DNA of 61,908 bases, filler included, from Dimargaris cristalligena (GCA_003614675.1; 29 parts of 29 records of this genome joined end to end with filler, not necessarily neighbours in it); one strand, 5' to 3'; shown: positions 1 to 12,027, numbered from the whole stretch's first letter. Notes: generated from the letters alone by a model not told the origin. Numbers and translations are program-made.

Positions 1-163
1 GACTGGCCATCCACAGTCCGGGGTTAAGTGCCGACCTCCGGATGGCACTACACATACATTCATCTACTTTTTCATTTACCACACATTTGCACCATAATCC
101 ACCTTGTTTGCCACCATCTCTCATCACCCTCCCTCCCCCCTTCCATTTTCCAATCCATTCACT

Positions 164-758
164 ATGTCTTTCACCTTGACTAAGAAGCTGTTCATTCTGG
201 GTATCATCATCACCCTGGCCACAGTTGCTCATGCTAAATTGCTTACTACCAGCTCCCCACAGACCATTACTGTTACCTCTGCCACAAGCACATCATTGAC
301 TGTAACACCTACCCCCATGGTACTAGTTGCCAACAAGGTGCAGCAAGCCAATCTGGTGGGCCCTGTGGTCAAGGCCAAAGCTAATGCTCATGCCAATGCA
401 GCCCTTCCCAACTTGAACTCCACTGTGAAACCCACTGTCTGGGTGGTCACTGATGTCACTAAGAAGACTGATAACAAGACCAGGAACAATAATAAGAAGA
501 GCAAGAAGCACCATGACACAGGTGGTCACTAAGAAGAATGGGGTTGACCAGACCAAACAGGTGACCAGTACCTGGTTGGCCCAAGCCCAGCCCAAACCAG
601 CCAACAAGCCCCCTAAGAAGCCAATGGCTATGACCTCTTCAGTATCTGCTACCACAGTCACTTTGACCAGCACTAGTTCACCCTCTGCTATTGTGACTCC
701 TGGCACCCCAGCTCCAGTCTCCACTAAGCCCATGGCTCCTCAACCCAAGGCCACCTAA
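164..758 (+). pseudogene. Secreted Ser/Thr/Pro/Lys-rich protein, frameshifted near 530
   Basis: ATG at 164 gives a signal-like N-terminus, MSFTLTKKLFILGIIITLATVAHA. Stop at 530-532, but similar S/T/P-rich sequence continues in the +1 frame to 758. Almost no CpG in the region. Confidence 0.55.
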
Positions 759-2061
759 ATGTTCACTGGGCTGATCCCTTTACATTGGACAAGGGGGTGT
801 GCCCCCTCCCCAATGCCCACATTTCAACTTTTGGGACCTACCCCACTAGCATACCTCACCATGTGCTTACTCATGGCTGACATCATGACATTCCTTGCAT
901 AACTTACTGCACCTAGATCTAACATCCATTCTGTTTGACACTGGCATTACCCTAGGATATTCAAATCCTACCTGCCATTAGGTAAATAAATTGACACATC
1001 CCCTGGTATATATTCTTCAAATGTATTAGTTTCAAAAACTACATGATGTGCAGGTGGTGGCTGAGACATGGATGAAATTCAGCACAGCTTTGTATGGTTT
1101 TTAATGGTATGTGTAGGGGAGTATAGGCAAGAAACTCATTTCCAACCAGTAATACATACTCCATCCAATGGATTATTCATTATACTGTAACTGTAAAGGC
1201 CAAGTAGGGCCATGTAACTATAAAGAAATAATGGGAATACCAAATTGGGTAGGTTGGAAGTAAAAAACAAGATTGAAGTAATTGAAGGTAATAGTTATTT
1301 ATTTAGAAGACAAAGAGCCATAGTTGGTCACCCAGGTAGAGTGTTATTAATCCTCTGGGAAGAGGTATTGTTCTTGTGCTGTTGGGGTAGGGACATCCTT
1401 CTCCAGTGGGGGGAATTGGTAGTTCATGCCATTGTCTGGCAGGTCTCCATCACTCAGATGGGGAGTACTATGGAAAGGATTGACCTCCTCCCTCTGAGTG
1501 GTGACAGTCTCCCTTGGTTGCAATACAGCCTGGTTGAACCTCTCCCATCTGCTTAGGTTAAGTTGCAATCAACCATTTGGTAGTGAGTAGGCAGTCATCT
1601 GGCCTAGTTCACACCATTTGGCACAAGGTCTTTTATTGCATAATGTCCTAATGTTGATTCTTTTTAAATTATTTGTACCTCTAAATATGCCTGATTTCTC
1701 CATCGAATTTAATCAGTCAATTCATATAGTATAGATGTGGAATATAAACTTATATTATTATTTTTAGCCAAACGATGACAATCTATTTATATTGGTATCG
1801 ACTATTCCTCTTACACATCCCCCTTCCCCTAATCTATGTTCCTAATTCGCAGTTTAACCATCGATAACCACACCAAATAATAAGTACTTTTTAATACGGT
1901 AGGGTGTCCTATTTTTTGAAAGACAGGAGGGAGGTGAGTGAGTGACATACCAAATACCCCAAAAAGTCAATGAGGAATAGGTAGAACTAAGTAATGATCA
2001 GATAAGTGATATGCGCAAAGCGAAAATAAAGATTAGATAGGAATACCAATATGTATATAAT

Positions 2062-2161
2062 NNNNNNNNNNNNNNNNNNNNNNNNNNNNNNNNNNNNNNN
2101 NNNNNTTAATTAATTAANNNNNNNNNNNNNNNNNNNNNNNNNNNNNNNNNNNNNNNNNNNN
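2062..2161. other. Artificial contig linker (first of 28)
   Basis: N44-TTAATTAATTAA-N44 with stops in all six frames, recurring every ~2.12-2.16 kb (4219, 6374, 8529 ... 59791). Confidence 0.99.
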
Positions 2162-2231
2162 CCTTTCCCTTTTATTATCTATCTTTTCAAATAAAGTTCA
2201 GTTTTCAAGGATTTGAGTTCAGTTCTTTACA
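2162..2231 (+). mobile_element. LTR family B, 3' end (AATAAA...TTCTTTACA)
   Basis: The same terminus occurs at 4149-4218(-), 10451-10683(-), 12938-13036(+), 19240-19292(-), 23430-23592(-) and 27983-28095(+), always running to a contig edge. Longer copies show TATAAATA then AATAAA before the terminal CA. Confidence 0.8.
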
Positions 2232-2530
2232 CCCAGAACTCTTGATAGACCCAGAATAGATAGCCTAGTTAATAGAGCAGTTAACCTAGGTAAAAATCTA
2301 TTCTTTTGCATAAATAACATTTTTTATTGCAATAATTTACACTGTTGATTATCTCTTATAGTATTTTCTTCAATAATACATATCATTTCTTCTAATTCAT
2401 TATGTTTTTCCAGGTTTTAATATAAATGCTCCTAAAATGTCTTATCTGTCTGGTATTTCTCTTAGCTCCCTGCATAAAGTATTAATATAGCCTAATAGCC
2501 TAGTGATTTAACCAAATCTCACATTGATAC

Positions 2531-3117
2531 TGTCACCTGAGTTAACCACTCTTAGTATGTCAAGAGTCCTGATGATAGACTTCTAATGGTAGGTGGGGCT
2601 TAGGCTTGGCCAAGTGGGCTACTAGTATCAGGTACAGGTATGGTACTAACTAATAAAGGCTAAGTGCAGGTATAGGCAAGGGACATGCAGCAGGCATACT
2701 TGCTAGTCAGTATAAGGGGGATGAGTATATATAGGGTTTATTAGGGGTAAACCAGGGGGGTAAGAAATAAACTAAGGAATTTAACTGGTGCTAATGGGGC
2801 CTAGTTATAAAAATATGTGGGTAACTCCAGAGGGAGGCCCCAGTGGAAGGATACTGCTAAGACTAAGGTATAGTAAAGTAGGCCAACTAGATGGCCATTA
2901 GGGTCTGGAAGACTCTGATGATAACTGGAAGAGTCATTGGATCAGTACTTGATTTATTAATACAAAGAGGCAGAGTCCAGAAGAGGAAGGGTTATATGAT
3001 ATAGGATGATCCCACATAGTACTGGGGATGACTATGGGAAGGTTAATATGGTACTATAAGGTCTAATAGGGATAGACATTAGGGTGCCTGGATTAAGGAG
3101 GATGGGGTAGTCTGATA
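2531..3117 (-). mobile_element. Solo LTR family A (~570 bp)
   Basis: TGTCACCTGAGTTAACC terminus, homologous to many other copies in the window. CpG-depleted. Confidence 0.8.
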
Positions 3118-3466
3118 ACCCAACAGTTCTATTCATTTAATGATTCCTGGCACTGCAGTAACTTGTTATTAAATCTGCTAAAGCTAATATTTGGTCTCCA
3201 TTGCTAATTTGCACTAATTCACTGTTTACTATATGGATGAAATTCAAACCAGCTGTATAAGGTTTTATATAATACGTGTACGGGCGAATATGTGAGAATA
3301 GCTTTTAACCAGTAACATTGGCCCCATCCAACGGATTTTTCATTATACGGCCTGAATGAACTTCTCCCATATTCTCACTGGTGCTGTATAAATAGCACCA
3401 GTAGTTCCAAACTATTAATAAATCAGACCATTCCACATGCATGTCTCCAGGAAAATGGGTTCCTGC

Positions 3467-3652
3467 TTTGAGTGTTCTTTTCAGAGTTTTCAGTGTCATT
3501 TCTGAATATTTACAGAGTTTCCTGAGTTATCAGAGTTTACCAGTGTTATCAGAGTTATTCAGAGTATTCCTGAGTTATTCAGAGTTATCAGGGTTTTGTC
3601 CGAGCATTAGTGTTTTCCGAGTTTTATCAGTATTTTAGTGCCTTTCCGAGTA
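3467..3652 (+). repeat. Degenerate ~9-10 bp minisatellite (TCAGAGTT[A/T])
   Basis: Repeated TCAGAGTTT / TCAGAGTTA / TCAGTGTT / CCGAGT units. Confidence 0.8.
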
Positions 3653-4824
3653 TATCCATATCCCTTATACTGACTAGCAAGTATGCCTGCTGCATGTCCC
3701 TTGCCTATACCTGCACTTAGCCTTTATTAGTTAGTACCATACCTGTACCTGATACTAGTAGCCCACTTGGCCAAGCCTAAGCCCCACCTACCATTAGAAG
3801 TCTATCATCAGGACTCTTGACATACTAAGAGTGGTTAACTCAGGTGACAGTATCAATGTGAGATTTGGTTAAATCACTAGGCTATTAGGCTATATTAATA
3901 CTTTATGCAGGGAGCTAAGAGAAATACCAGACAGATAAGACATTTTAGGAGCATTTATATTAAAACCTGGAAAAACATAATGAATTAGAAGAAATGATAT
4001 GTATTATTGAAGAAAATACTATAAGAGATAATCAACAGTGTAAATTATTGCAATAAAAAATGTTATTTATGCAAAAGAATAGATTTTTACCTAGGTTAAC
4101 TGCTCTATTAACTAGGCTATCTATTCTGGGTCTATCAAGAGTTCTGGGTGTAAAGAACTGAACTCAAATCCTTGAAAACTGAACTTTATTTGAAAAGATA
4201 GATAATAAAAGGGAAAGANNNNNNNNNNNNNNNNNNNNNNNNNNNNNNNNNNNNNNNNNNNNTTAATTAATTAANNNNNNNNNNNNNNNNNNNNNNNNNN
4301 NNNNNNNNNNNNNNNNNNACATTAAAATCGGTTGAATATTCACAAAGTTCAAAAAAACTTAATGGGAGTTGTCGGTACACCTTTCAGTAGGTCATGTGCC
4401 GACTCTGCCAGGCTCTCCTTCAGCAACCATTTGTTTTGCGTTACATGTTCTAGCACCATTAGAATCCCCTGGTTAAAACCTTTCTAATGGCGCCTTTATT
4501 ATTTATTTTTATTTTTTTAGCCAGGGCCTCCATTTCAAACGAGCCCATTCTGTAATGCATTGATAGTGCTGTGCCCCCCTGCCAAGTGGTCCGAGTAAAC
4601 TCTAGTAAGTAGCCTTGTGTTCCTCTCACTGAGGGGAGCCTGCTGTTTTTTAATTTGTTACAATCGGCCAGTTATTGACTGAGTTACTGTAGGACACTAA
4701 CCAGTGGCCTAGTTAGCGGGTTAGTTAGGCCAAAAATCAACATGTCGTACAAAACAAATGCCTCCCCCTTAATGGCTTGTTTGATTTTTTAATAATGACT
4801 TTCTTGTTATTTGTTTTGTTATTT

Positions 4825-6134
4825 TTGGAGTAATACTCCTTTTTGGTGTCTTTTTGCTGTTGCACGCTTACAAGCTTCCCCCACCCCGGCCATCTGCCGT
4901 GCAAACCTACAACTGGTACCACCGGGTTCAGCTTGTTGAGACCATTCCAGTAAGTATTCTTGGGCCCCGTTTGTTGGAGTTGGGTTCTGGCTGCCCGGGC
5001 CAGATCTACCCACATTCCTTCCCGCGGCCTTCCCGGCAAGTGGGTGTACTGGCCGGCCAGTGGTACGGTTGGAATGGGCGCGGCGAGAGCTTTCCAACAA
5101 GCCCTCTTGCGTCCCAATCGGACGAGTGGGCACCTGGCCCCCATTTGGAATGGGCCCATTCGTAAACGCGTTGACTGGTCCGGCACCACCGCAAAGTGCC
5201 CCAATAATTTTAATGTAAGTACCCTGTATTCTTCTAGAATAGGGGAATCCCCTCCATTTGTTTTTTTAAAAATTGGTTGAGTATTGACAGAGTTACTCAT
5301 TGGCGTTGACAAGTGGCCCGGTGTATGCGTACGGCCTTCCCGTTTTTTGTTTGGAATGGGCCTATTCACCAACACGTCAACCGTTCTGGGGCCTCCAGGA
5401 AATTGTGCGATAAGTAAATGGTAAGTTCACTCGCGTTGCCCTCATTGAGGGGACTCTATTCCATTTTACACCTTTTAAATTGGTTTATTATTGATGGAGT
5501 CGGACAGTAGCCAGTTCAAGCCTCTAGGACCCCCAAACCACCTGTTTTATACTTGTAAAAGGAAATAACTGACCAACCACTTGTTCAATGTTCTATTAGT
5601 GGGCACCGTTGGATTCCCCTCACTGGGGGCTTTCCAATGGTGCCATTTTTGTTTTATTTATTTAATTATTCATGGAGGTATACTCCTTTAGACCTCGTTT
5701 TGGCTGTCGCCCGCTTACATACTCCCCCGCCCCGGCCGTTTGCCCCACAGCAATGCGAGTGGTACCACCGTATTCAGCTAGCCAAGAGCGTCACGGTAAG
5801 TACTATTTGGTTGTGTTTGGTTGAGTTGGGTTCTGGCCTTCCCGGTTAGATCTACCCTCATTCCTTCACCAGCCTTCCCGGCAAGTGGGTGTACCAGCCG
5901 GTAAGTGGTACGGTTGGAACAGGCTTGTTGAGAGCTTTCCAACGAGCCCCTTTACGCTCCGATTGGACAAGTCAGTGCCTGGGCCCTGGAAGGGAATGGG
6001 CCTTCTGGCCAAGGCGCCTACAGGACCGCCAAGTTGTCCCATTTTTTCAATTCAAAACCCCAGGTGTTCCTCTGGCCGAGGGGAATTACCTCCATTTGTT
6101 TATTTTTGAATCAGTTGTATAATGACCGAGTTAC
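4825..6134 (+). repeat. Diverged ~470-bp direct repeat (4825-5296 / 5673-6134) inside a dyad array
   Basis: Colinear shared blocks: CCCCGGCC, TGGTACCACCG, GAGTTGGGTTCTGGC, AGATCTACCC, CCTTCCCGGCAAGTGGGTGTAC, GAGAGCTTTCCAAC, CCTCCATTTGTTT, GAGTTAC. Confidence 0.85.
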
Positions 6135-6473
6135 GCGTCGGAATAAACGCGCGGTCCGTCGTACGCGTACGGCCCCCCCGGACACCCCTTTCGGTTGTTT
6201 CGTTTTTTTAAAAGCGTGCCTTAAGCTGGCCACCCATTCCACAATTAATTTAAAGGCACCATTAGATAGGCCCAGTCAAGGGCTTTCTAATGGTGCCTTT
6301 ATTGTGTTAGTTGGATCATTTGTTTGTTTGTTATTTCTTAATAAAGCTGCCCTCTGTTGAAACACTAAACAGTNNNNNNNNNNNNNNNNNNNNNNNNNNN
6401 NNNNNNNNNNNNNNNNNTTAATTAATTAANNNNNNNNNNNNNNNNNNNNNNNNNNNNNNNNNNNNNNNNNNNN

Positions 6474-8528
6474 TATAATCAGGATAAGCTAAGAGGGGGG
6501 TACTACTTAATTGATGACGTAATGATTCAAAAGCTGATTGACACTCAGGTGTCCAAATGAGTTCTTTTGGTTTGTTACGAAGTGCACTGGTAAGTGGTGC
6601 CACAATAAAAGAATAGTTAGCAATGAATTTTCGGTAATAATTGGTGAGTCCTAAAAAGGATTGTAAAGTTTTAACAGTAGTGGGTACAGGAAAAGTTTGC
6701 ATAGCTTGAACTTTGCGGGGATCTACAGATATTCCTGCAGCAGAAATGATATGGCCTAAATATTCTAAAGAGGTTTGGCCAAAGACACATTTAGCAAGGT
6801 TGGCGTAAAGGTGATGTTGTTCTAATAGGGTTAGAACTTGTTGTAAATGTTGTTGATGTGTACTTTCATCTGGGCTGTAAATAAGAATATCGTCTAGGTA
6901 AACCATGGCGAACTTATCAAGGAAGGGATGAAGTACTCCATTCATAAGAGTTTGAAAAGTAGCGGGGGCATTAGTTAAACCAAAAGGTAATACAAGGAAT
7001 TCAAATTGACCATACCTAGTATTAAAAGCAGTTTTAGGAATATCAGGTGGATGAATACGAATTTGATGATATCCTGATTTTAAATCGATTTTAGAAAATA
7101 TGCGAGCACCAGCCAGACGAGCAAAAGTTTCATCAATATGAGGTAGGGGATATCGATTTTTTACCGTTTTTGAGTTTAGGGCCCGATAATCAATACACAT
7201 TCGACGAGATCCATCTTTTTTAGGGACAAAGATGACGGGTGCACCCCAAGGGGAGGCTCCTGGTTGAATCCATCCTTTAGTTAAGTATTCGTCTAGTTGG
7301 GTACGGAGTTCTTGAAGATCGGAATGAGGAAGTTTGTATGGATGACGATAAATGGGAGTGGCGTCTCCGGTATCCACGCGATGGTCAATGGCTCTGGCTG
7401 GTGGAAGTCCACTAGGTAATGGGCCTAAAATAGTGGATCGAAAGGGGGTAAGAATAGATTGGTATATACTAGGAATAGAGGGGGATTCTTCTGTTGAGGG
7501 TTGTACTAATATAAGAAAACCTTCTTGAGTTTTTAAGTCATTCAAAATTTCAGAGGTTTCAACAGTAGATAAAGTAGTTCTGTTGGGTAAAGGTTTTGAC
7601 GTAAAACTAGGATATCCTTCTAAATAAGTATTGGATTTAGGAAGAAATAAGGAATACTTATGCCATTGTGGTTGGGGAATATTTTCTAGAATCCATGGTT
7701 GACCTAAAAGAATATCATATGGGGGATTTTCTAGTATACAAGCTGTGAACGATTGAGAGAATGTTCCTAGTGTAAGATTGAAAGTAGTAGTATGGGTAAT
7801 CAATGAGGTGGTAGAATTTCCTAAGCGCACTTCTTGAGGCTGACTTAAAGGAATTGTTGATAATTTGGCTTGATGTGCTACTTGATAAGAAATAAAATTG
7901 TTAGTGGCACCAGGATCGAATAGGGCTGTTACTATAGTAGTATTGATGTTACCAGTTAAAAGTAAAAGGGGACGGGCATTTCCTATATGTACAGTCATAG
8001 TACTAGAGCCAAATCCTTGATTTTGGCGTAAAGTTGTAGAGAGGTTGTCAGAAATGATAGGGGAAATAGGATAATGCTTATTAAGAATACCTTGTACAAT
8101 ATAATTCCCTTTACGAATGGAAAATACACTAGGGCTGGAATTAAAAATAACAAATTGAATGATACCCCGATAGTCAGAGTCTATAATTCCTGCTTGTAAT
8201 ATAAGACCCCGTTTAGCAGAACTGGATCGTAAATGAAGTTGAATAAAATATCCATCTGGAGGTTCAATGCAAATCCCCGATGATATAACAGAAGGTGTCC
8301 CAGGCAGTGAGTCTGCGTTTCTTACACAAGGTATATCAAAACCAGCAGCACGTTCATAAGCACATCTTAAATCAGGTAGCAAAGGATCAGTTTTAGTATA
8401 TTGTAGATGAAAAGGGTGCAATGTAGAAGTAAGAGGGCTGCTAGTATTGGGAATGGCTATAGAAGAAATTAAAGAGGAATGACCTCGGAGGGGCCTGGGG
8501 TGACCTCCAAGGTATTGGTGTTTTGGCA
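6474..8528 (-). mobile_element. pol: Ty3/Gypsy retrotransposon polyprotein fragment: dUTPase - aspartic protease - reverse transcriptase
   Basis: The frame is open across the whole contig. dUTPase motifs AGFDI, RSSS, GIIDSDYRG, VQGI, RQNQGFGSS. Protease LFDPGATNNF. RT motifs RMCIDYRALN, KIDLKSGYHQ, PFGLTNAP, YLDD, YLGH, FLGLTNYYRKFI. Confidence 0.95.
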
Positions 8529-8628
8529 NNNNNNNNNNNNNNNNNNNNNNNNNNNNNNNNNNNNNNNNNNNNTTAATTAATTAANNNNNNNNNNNNNNNN
8601 NNNNNNNNNNNNNNNNNNNNNNNNNNNN

Positions 8629-8696
8629 TACTTCCGATAAGTGCGAAAAATAGATAAAAAATAAAAGTAGGTAAAAAATGTGGTAAGTTCACCACA
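8629..8696 (-). mobile_element. LTR family C, 5' end (TGTGGTGAACTTACCACA...)
   Basis: The same terminus occurs at 17242-17293(-), 34214-34282(+), 36513-36690(-), 55246 onward (+) and 61840-61908(+). Confidence 0.8.
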
Positions 8697-9020
8697 AGGG
8701 GGCTTGGTTATATATATGTGGGGACAACTCCAGAGGGAAGTCCCAAGGGAAGACTACAGGTAACTAAGGTATATAGTGAGAATAGGCCAACTGGATGGCT
8801 ACTAGTATCTGGAAGACTCTCAGGGTAACTGGAAGAGTCCTTGGATCAGCATGCTGAGTGATTAGTGTGAAGAGCTGGAGTCTAGAAGGGGAAGGGTTAT
8901 GTAATATAGGGTAATCCCATAGTACTGGGGGTGACCATGGGAAGGTTAACATGGCACTATAAGGCCTAATTAGGGTAGACAGCCTGGTATCCGGATTAAG
9001 GTAGATTAGAAGGGCTGATA
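8697..9020 (-). mobile_element. Partial LTR family A, truncated by an LTR-C insertion
   Basis: Homologous to part of 2531-3117 and ends GGATTAGAAGGGCTGATA-like. Confidence 0.75.
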
Positions 9021-9954
9021 CAAACTATGTCTATTAGACAAAACTATATTTCCATCTCTTGGCTTTAAGATCATAGATACTTTGGAATACCCTAGAGGTC
9101 AATGGGAAACCAGCATGCAAATGTAAAAGGATACAAGCTTTGATATAGGTGTATAAGGCCTTGGAATGGGATTTGTATAGAAAAACTAGATGGATATTTC
9201 CACAGTTAGCACAACCCAGCCTGGTAGACAGGTTTTTGATTTGTATTAGGAGGAGATTAAGCTTACCCCATATAGTTGCACATATTTCCCCTTTAATGGC
9301 TTGGGGGTCCTTTCCTTTGATGGTAATGTATTATTGCCTCCAGGGGGGCATTCCACCATCACATGTTTCCATTGTGGGAGGAAATAGTGTACTCTTCTAT
9401 TAGGCTTCACAATGGAACCCAGTCAAAATTGAATCCTTTAGGTAGCAAGCATTATCAACTTTGCCTTCCATTATCAGAATAGGAAAGGCTCATTCTAATT
9501 GTATACAGGTCTTTGGACAAACCCTGAAGATTACAATCAATGGGGGACTAATTAAGTCAAATTGCAGGATTCTGGTCTATATAACAAGGGCTTTATTCTA
9601 TGAGAATAGGGGTGGGCTTTCTCCATATGGGTGACCACAGTATTGAGGTGAAACCCCCTCCTTCCCTCAATAAATATAAGCTGATGACCTCTCAGAGTAG
9701 TAATACTAATAGTTCAATGTAACTAACAATAGTAATAGTGAGTGCCTCTCTGTAACACTTTTATATGTAAGAACCATAGACTAATTAGCTTGGGGTCCTA
9801 TTGTATGGCTAGTACCTAATCCAAAAGAATATTCAAAGGTAAACTGAATACACAATAAAACATGTATATATTTTTAATTAAAATATATTTACTAATAAAT
9901 GGGAGGGAGGGGGGGTATGCAAATATATTAGCCAGCCCAGTATATGTCAATTGG

Positions 9955-10450
9955 ACTATCTAATCCACCCTAATCCTGACATATTAGTGATCATCTTTAT
10001 TAGGCCTTATAGCACTATATTAACTTTCCTATGACCATACCCAGTACTATGGGATCACCCATATAACATATAACCCTTCCCCTTCCAGACTCCACTGCTT
10101 CACACTGCTCACTTGAGGGCTAATCCAACAACTCTTCTAGTTACCATCAGAGCCTTCCAGATCCTAACAGCCATCCAGTTGGCCTATTTTACCATACCTT
10201 AGTCTTAATAGTATTCTTCACCCCAGGGCTTCCCACTGGAGTTGCCCCTGTATATATATAACCAGGCCCCATTGGGACCAGTTAGGTTCTTCAGCTTATT
10301 CTTACCCCCTAGTTTATCCTGATAAACTCTATATATGCTCACCTCCCTTGTATTAACTAGTAAGTGTGCTCCCTGCATGTCCCTTACTTATACCTGTATT
10401 TTGTAGCCTTTATTAGTTAGTACTGTACCCTCCACCTAATGCTAGGACCC
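9955..10450 (+). mobile_element. LTR family A, truncated by LTR-B at 10451
   Basis: Shared blocks CCCAGTACTATGGGATCA, TATATATAACCAGGCCCC, CTTTATTAGTTAGTAC. Confidence 0.75.
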
Positions 10451-10799
10451 TGTAAAGAACTGAAATCAAATCCTTAAAACCTGAACTTTATTTGAAAAAA
10501 TAGATAATAAGAAGGGAAAGGTGATGATAGACTTGCTGTTCCAAGAGGTGGTAGTAAGGGGGAGTATTTATACTTGAAAGGGGAAGCCTAAATAAAAAGA
10601 TAGATGAAATAATAGAGAAAGGGAGAGGAGGTCCCAGAACATTGGATGACTAAGCAGAGGGAAAGGGAGGGGAGTTCCCAGACNNNNNNNNNNNNNNNNN
10701 NNNNNNNNNNNNNNNNNNNNNNNNNNNTTAATTAATTAANNNNNNNNNNNNNNNNNNNNNNNNNNNNNNNNNNNNNNNNNNNNGATCAATATCACATAC

Positions 10800-11593
10800 T
10801 TTGCGGTAACGAGAGGCCCTAGGCCCGAGGCCATCTTCAATGGCCTGGCACCATAAACTCTCCTTACTGGCATCGTACACGAGGTAGGCCTCGGCCCGAA
10901 GATCCAGTTCTTGGAATCTGGCAAAGGGTCCGCAAAGTACATTAGACAAGTTTTGAACCATTAGTAGGGCCGCGTCGACCGAGAGCCGATCCAAGGGCCA
11001 TAGGAGAGGCGGTTATAGATTGCGTAATCTAAAAAGCGAAATCATTCGGGAGTGAAAGTACTTCCACCCTTAATCAATAGTGACATAATTCGGGCGAGAT
11101 GCCGTGACAACTAACCCTAAAACCAGTACTTCCGGCTCGGCAGCGTCGTCGCTGGCCATGGCCCGGAACCACGGGGCTAATGATTCGGTGGGTAAGCGCC
11201 CATTAACATTCCAAGTGCCAGTAAAGACACTTGAGTGGTGTGATGGGAAGAAACAGATAGACCGTACCGACAGTGATAAATTGCATCCCCATTAGAGTTG
11301 GTTGATCGCATAACAATACTGGGAGTAGGGGAGCGCTGCTCGGTCAAATTAGAGTGGGTTAGGGGGGAATATGGTCTGCCACAGAAACGCTGCGGGGACG
11401 GGTTCAGCCAGGCTGGTATAGTGGGAGACCGCGTTGGATAACCACCCTGCACTTACTAGATGGAATGATAGTCGGTGAACTGGGCCTCTCTTTCGCGGAG
11501 CTCGCCGTATATCCAGGCATCCTTGGCGGATTTCGAAGTTGGGTTATGGACCAAGGCCTCGTACTCGCCTTTAGTTTCGGGGGGCGGGTCCAT
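10800..11593 (-). CDS. Inositol polyphosphate 5-phosphatase (OCRL/INPP5B-like), N-terminal exons
   Basis: Exons 11593(?)-11457, 11229-11116 and 10917-10800, separated by GT-AG introns, splice in frame to ELREREAQFTDYHSIY-VFTGTWNVNG...VLVLG-FQELDL. These are the TWNV and GFQE motifs of the 5-phosphatase domain. Start codon uncertain. Confidence 0.85.
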
Positions 11594-12027
11594 ATGAACG
11601 ACCGGGGCTGGACGAGCAGAAGGGGGAAATGGGCAGGGACTGGGAGATGCGCAGGGCTCTCCGTTGGTCGATCGCCAAGAAAGTCTAGCGGGGACAGGGT
11701 GAGCGAACAGACGGACGACGTCTTTGGAACTGGGACAACCGGGCAAATGGAGCAAATGGGAAAGAGGGGAAGGCAGATGGTGGTGGCCTAAGGCCTCGAC
11801 GTGCTTGGAAAGAAACCCTTGTTGACGCAGCTGCACGGCAACTGTGGCCCCCGTTCCCCTATTATGGTGTTTCTCTGGCTGGACGCAGCGCTGCTCGCCC
11901 GTCTCCCTTTCTCTTCCACCAGCTCTCTTCCGGGGCTCCGTTTAGGCCGCACCCAAGGCATTTCTCCCCATTCCACTATATTTTACTCCGCCTTTACCGG
12001 CCCATCTGTATATTCACTCCGTCGACC

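Larger units (their letters stand above)
2163..4217. repeat. Apparently perfect 556-bp inverted duplication (2163-2718 / 3662-4217)
   Basis: The contig start is the reverse complement of the contig end. The inner breakpoint lies in the middle of an LTR-A copy. Confidence 0.9.

Noticed and set aside
5-50. GC-rich alternative pairings (GCCATCC/GGATGGC, AGTGCC/GGCACT) resembling an HDV-like ribozyme
   Set aside because: No P4 or J4/2 segment and no P2 partner after the stem. It also lies at a contig edge.
2106-2117. Regularly spaced TTAATTAATTAA palindromes and ORFs ending in X...LIN
   Set aside because: Artificial linker. The ~2.1-kb periodicity is contig length, not biology.
4737-6360. Many overlapping ORFs in the dyad-array contig, and a CRISPR-like reading of the array
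   Set aside because: No recognisable domains, and frames are not conserved between the repeat copies. The repeats are degenerate and irregularly spaced by hundreds of bp, with no cas genes, in a eukaryotic context.
11111-11120. CTAACCCTAA telomere-like or template-like motif
   Set aside because: A single occurrence that coincides with an exon/intron donor junction of the 5-phosphatase gene.
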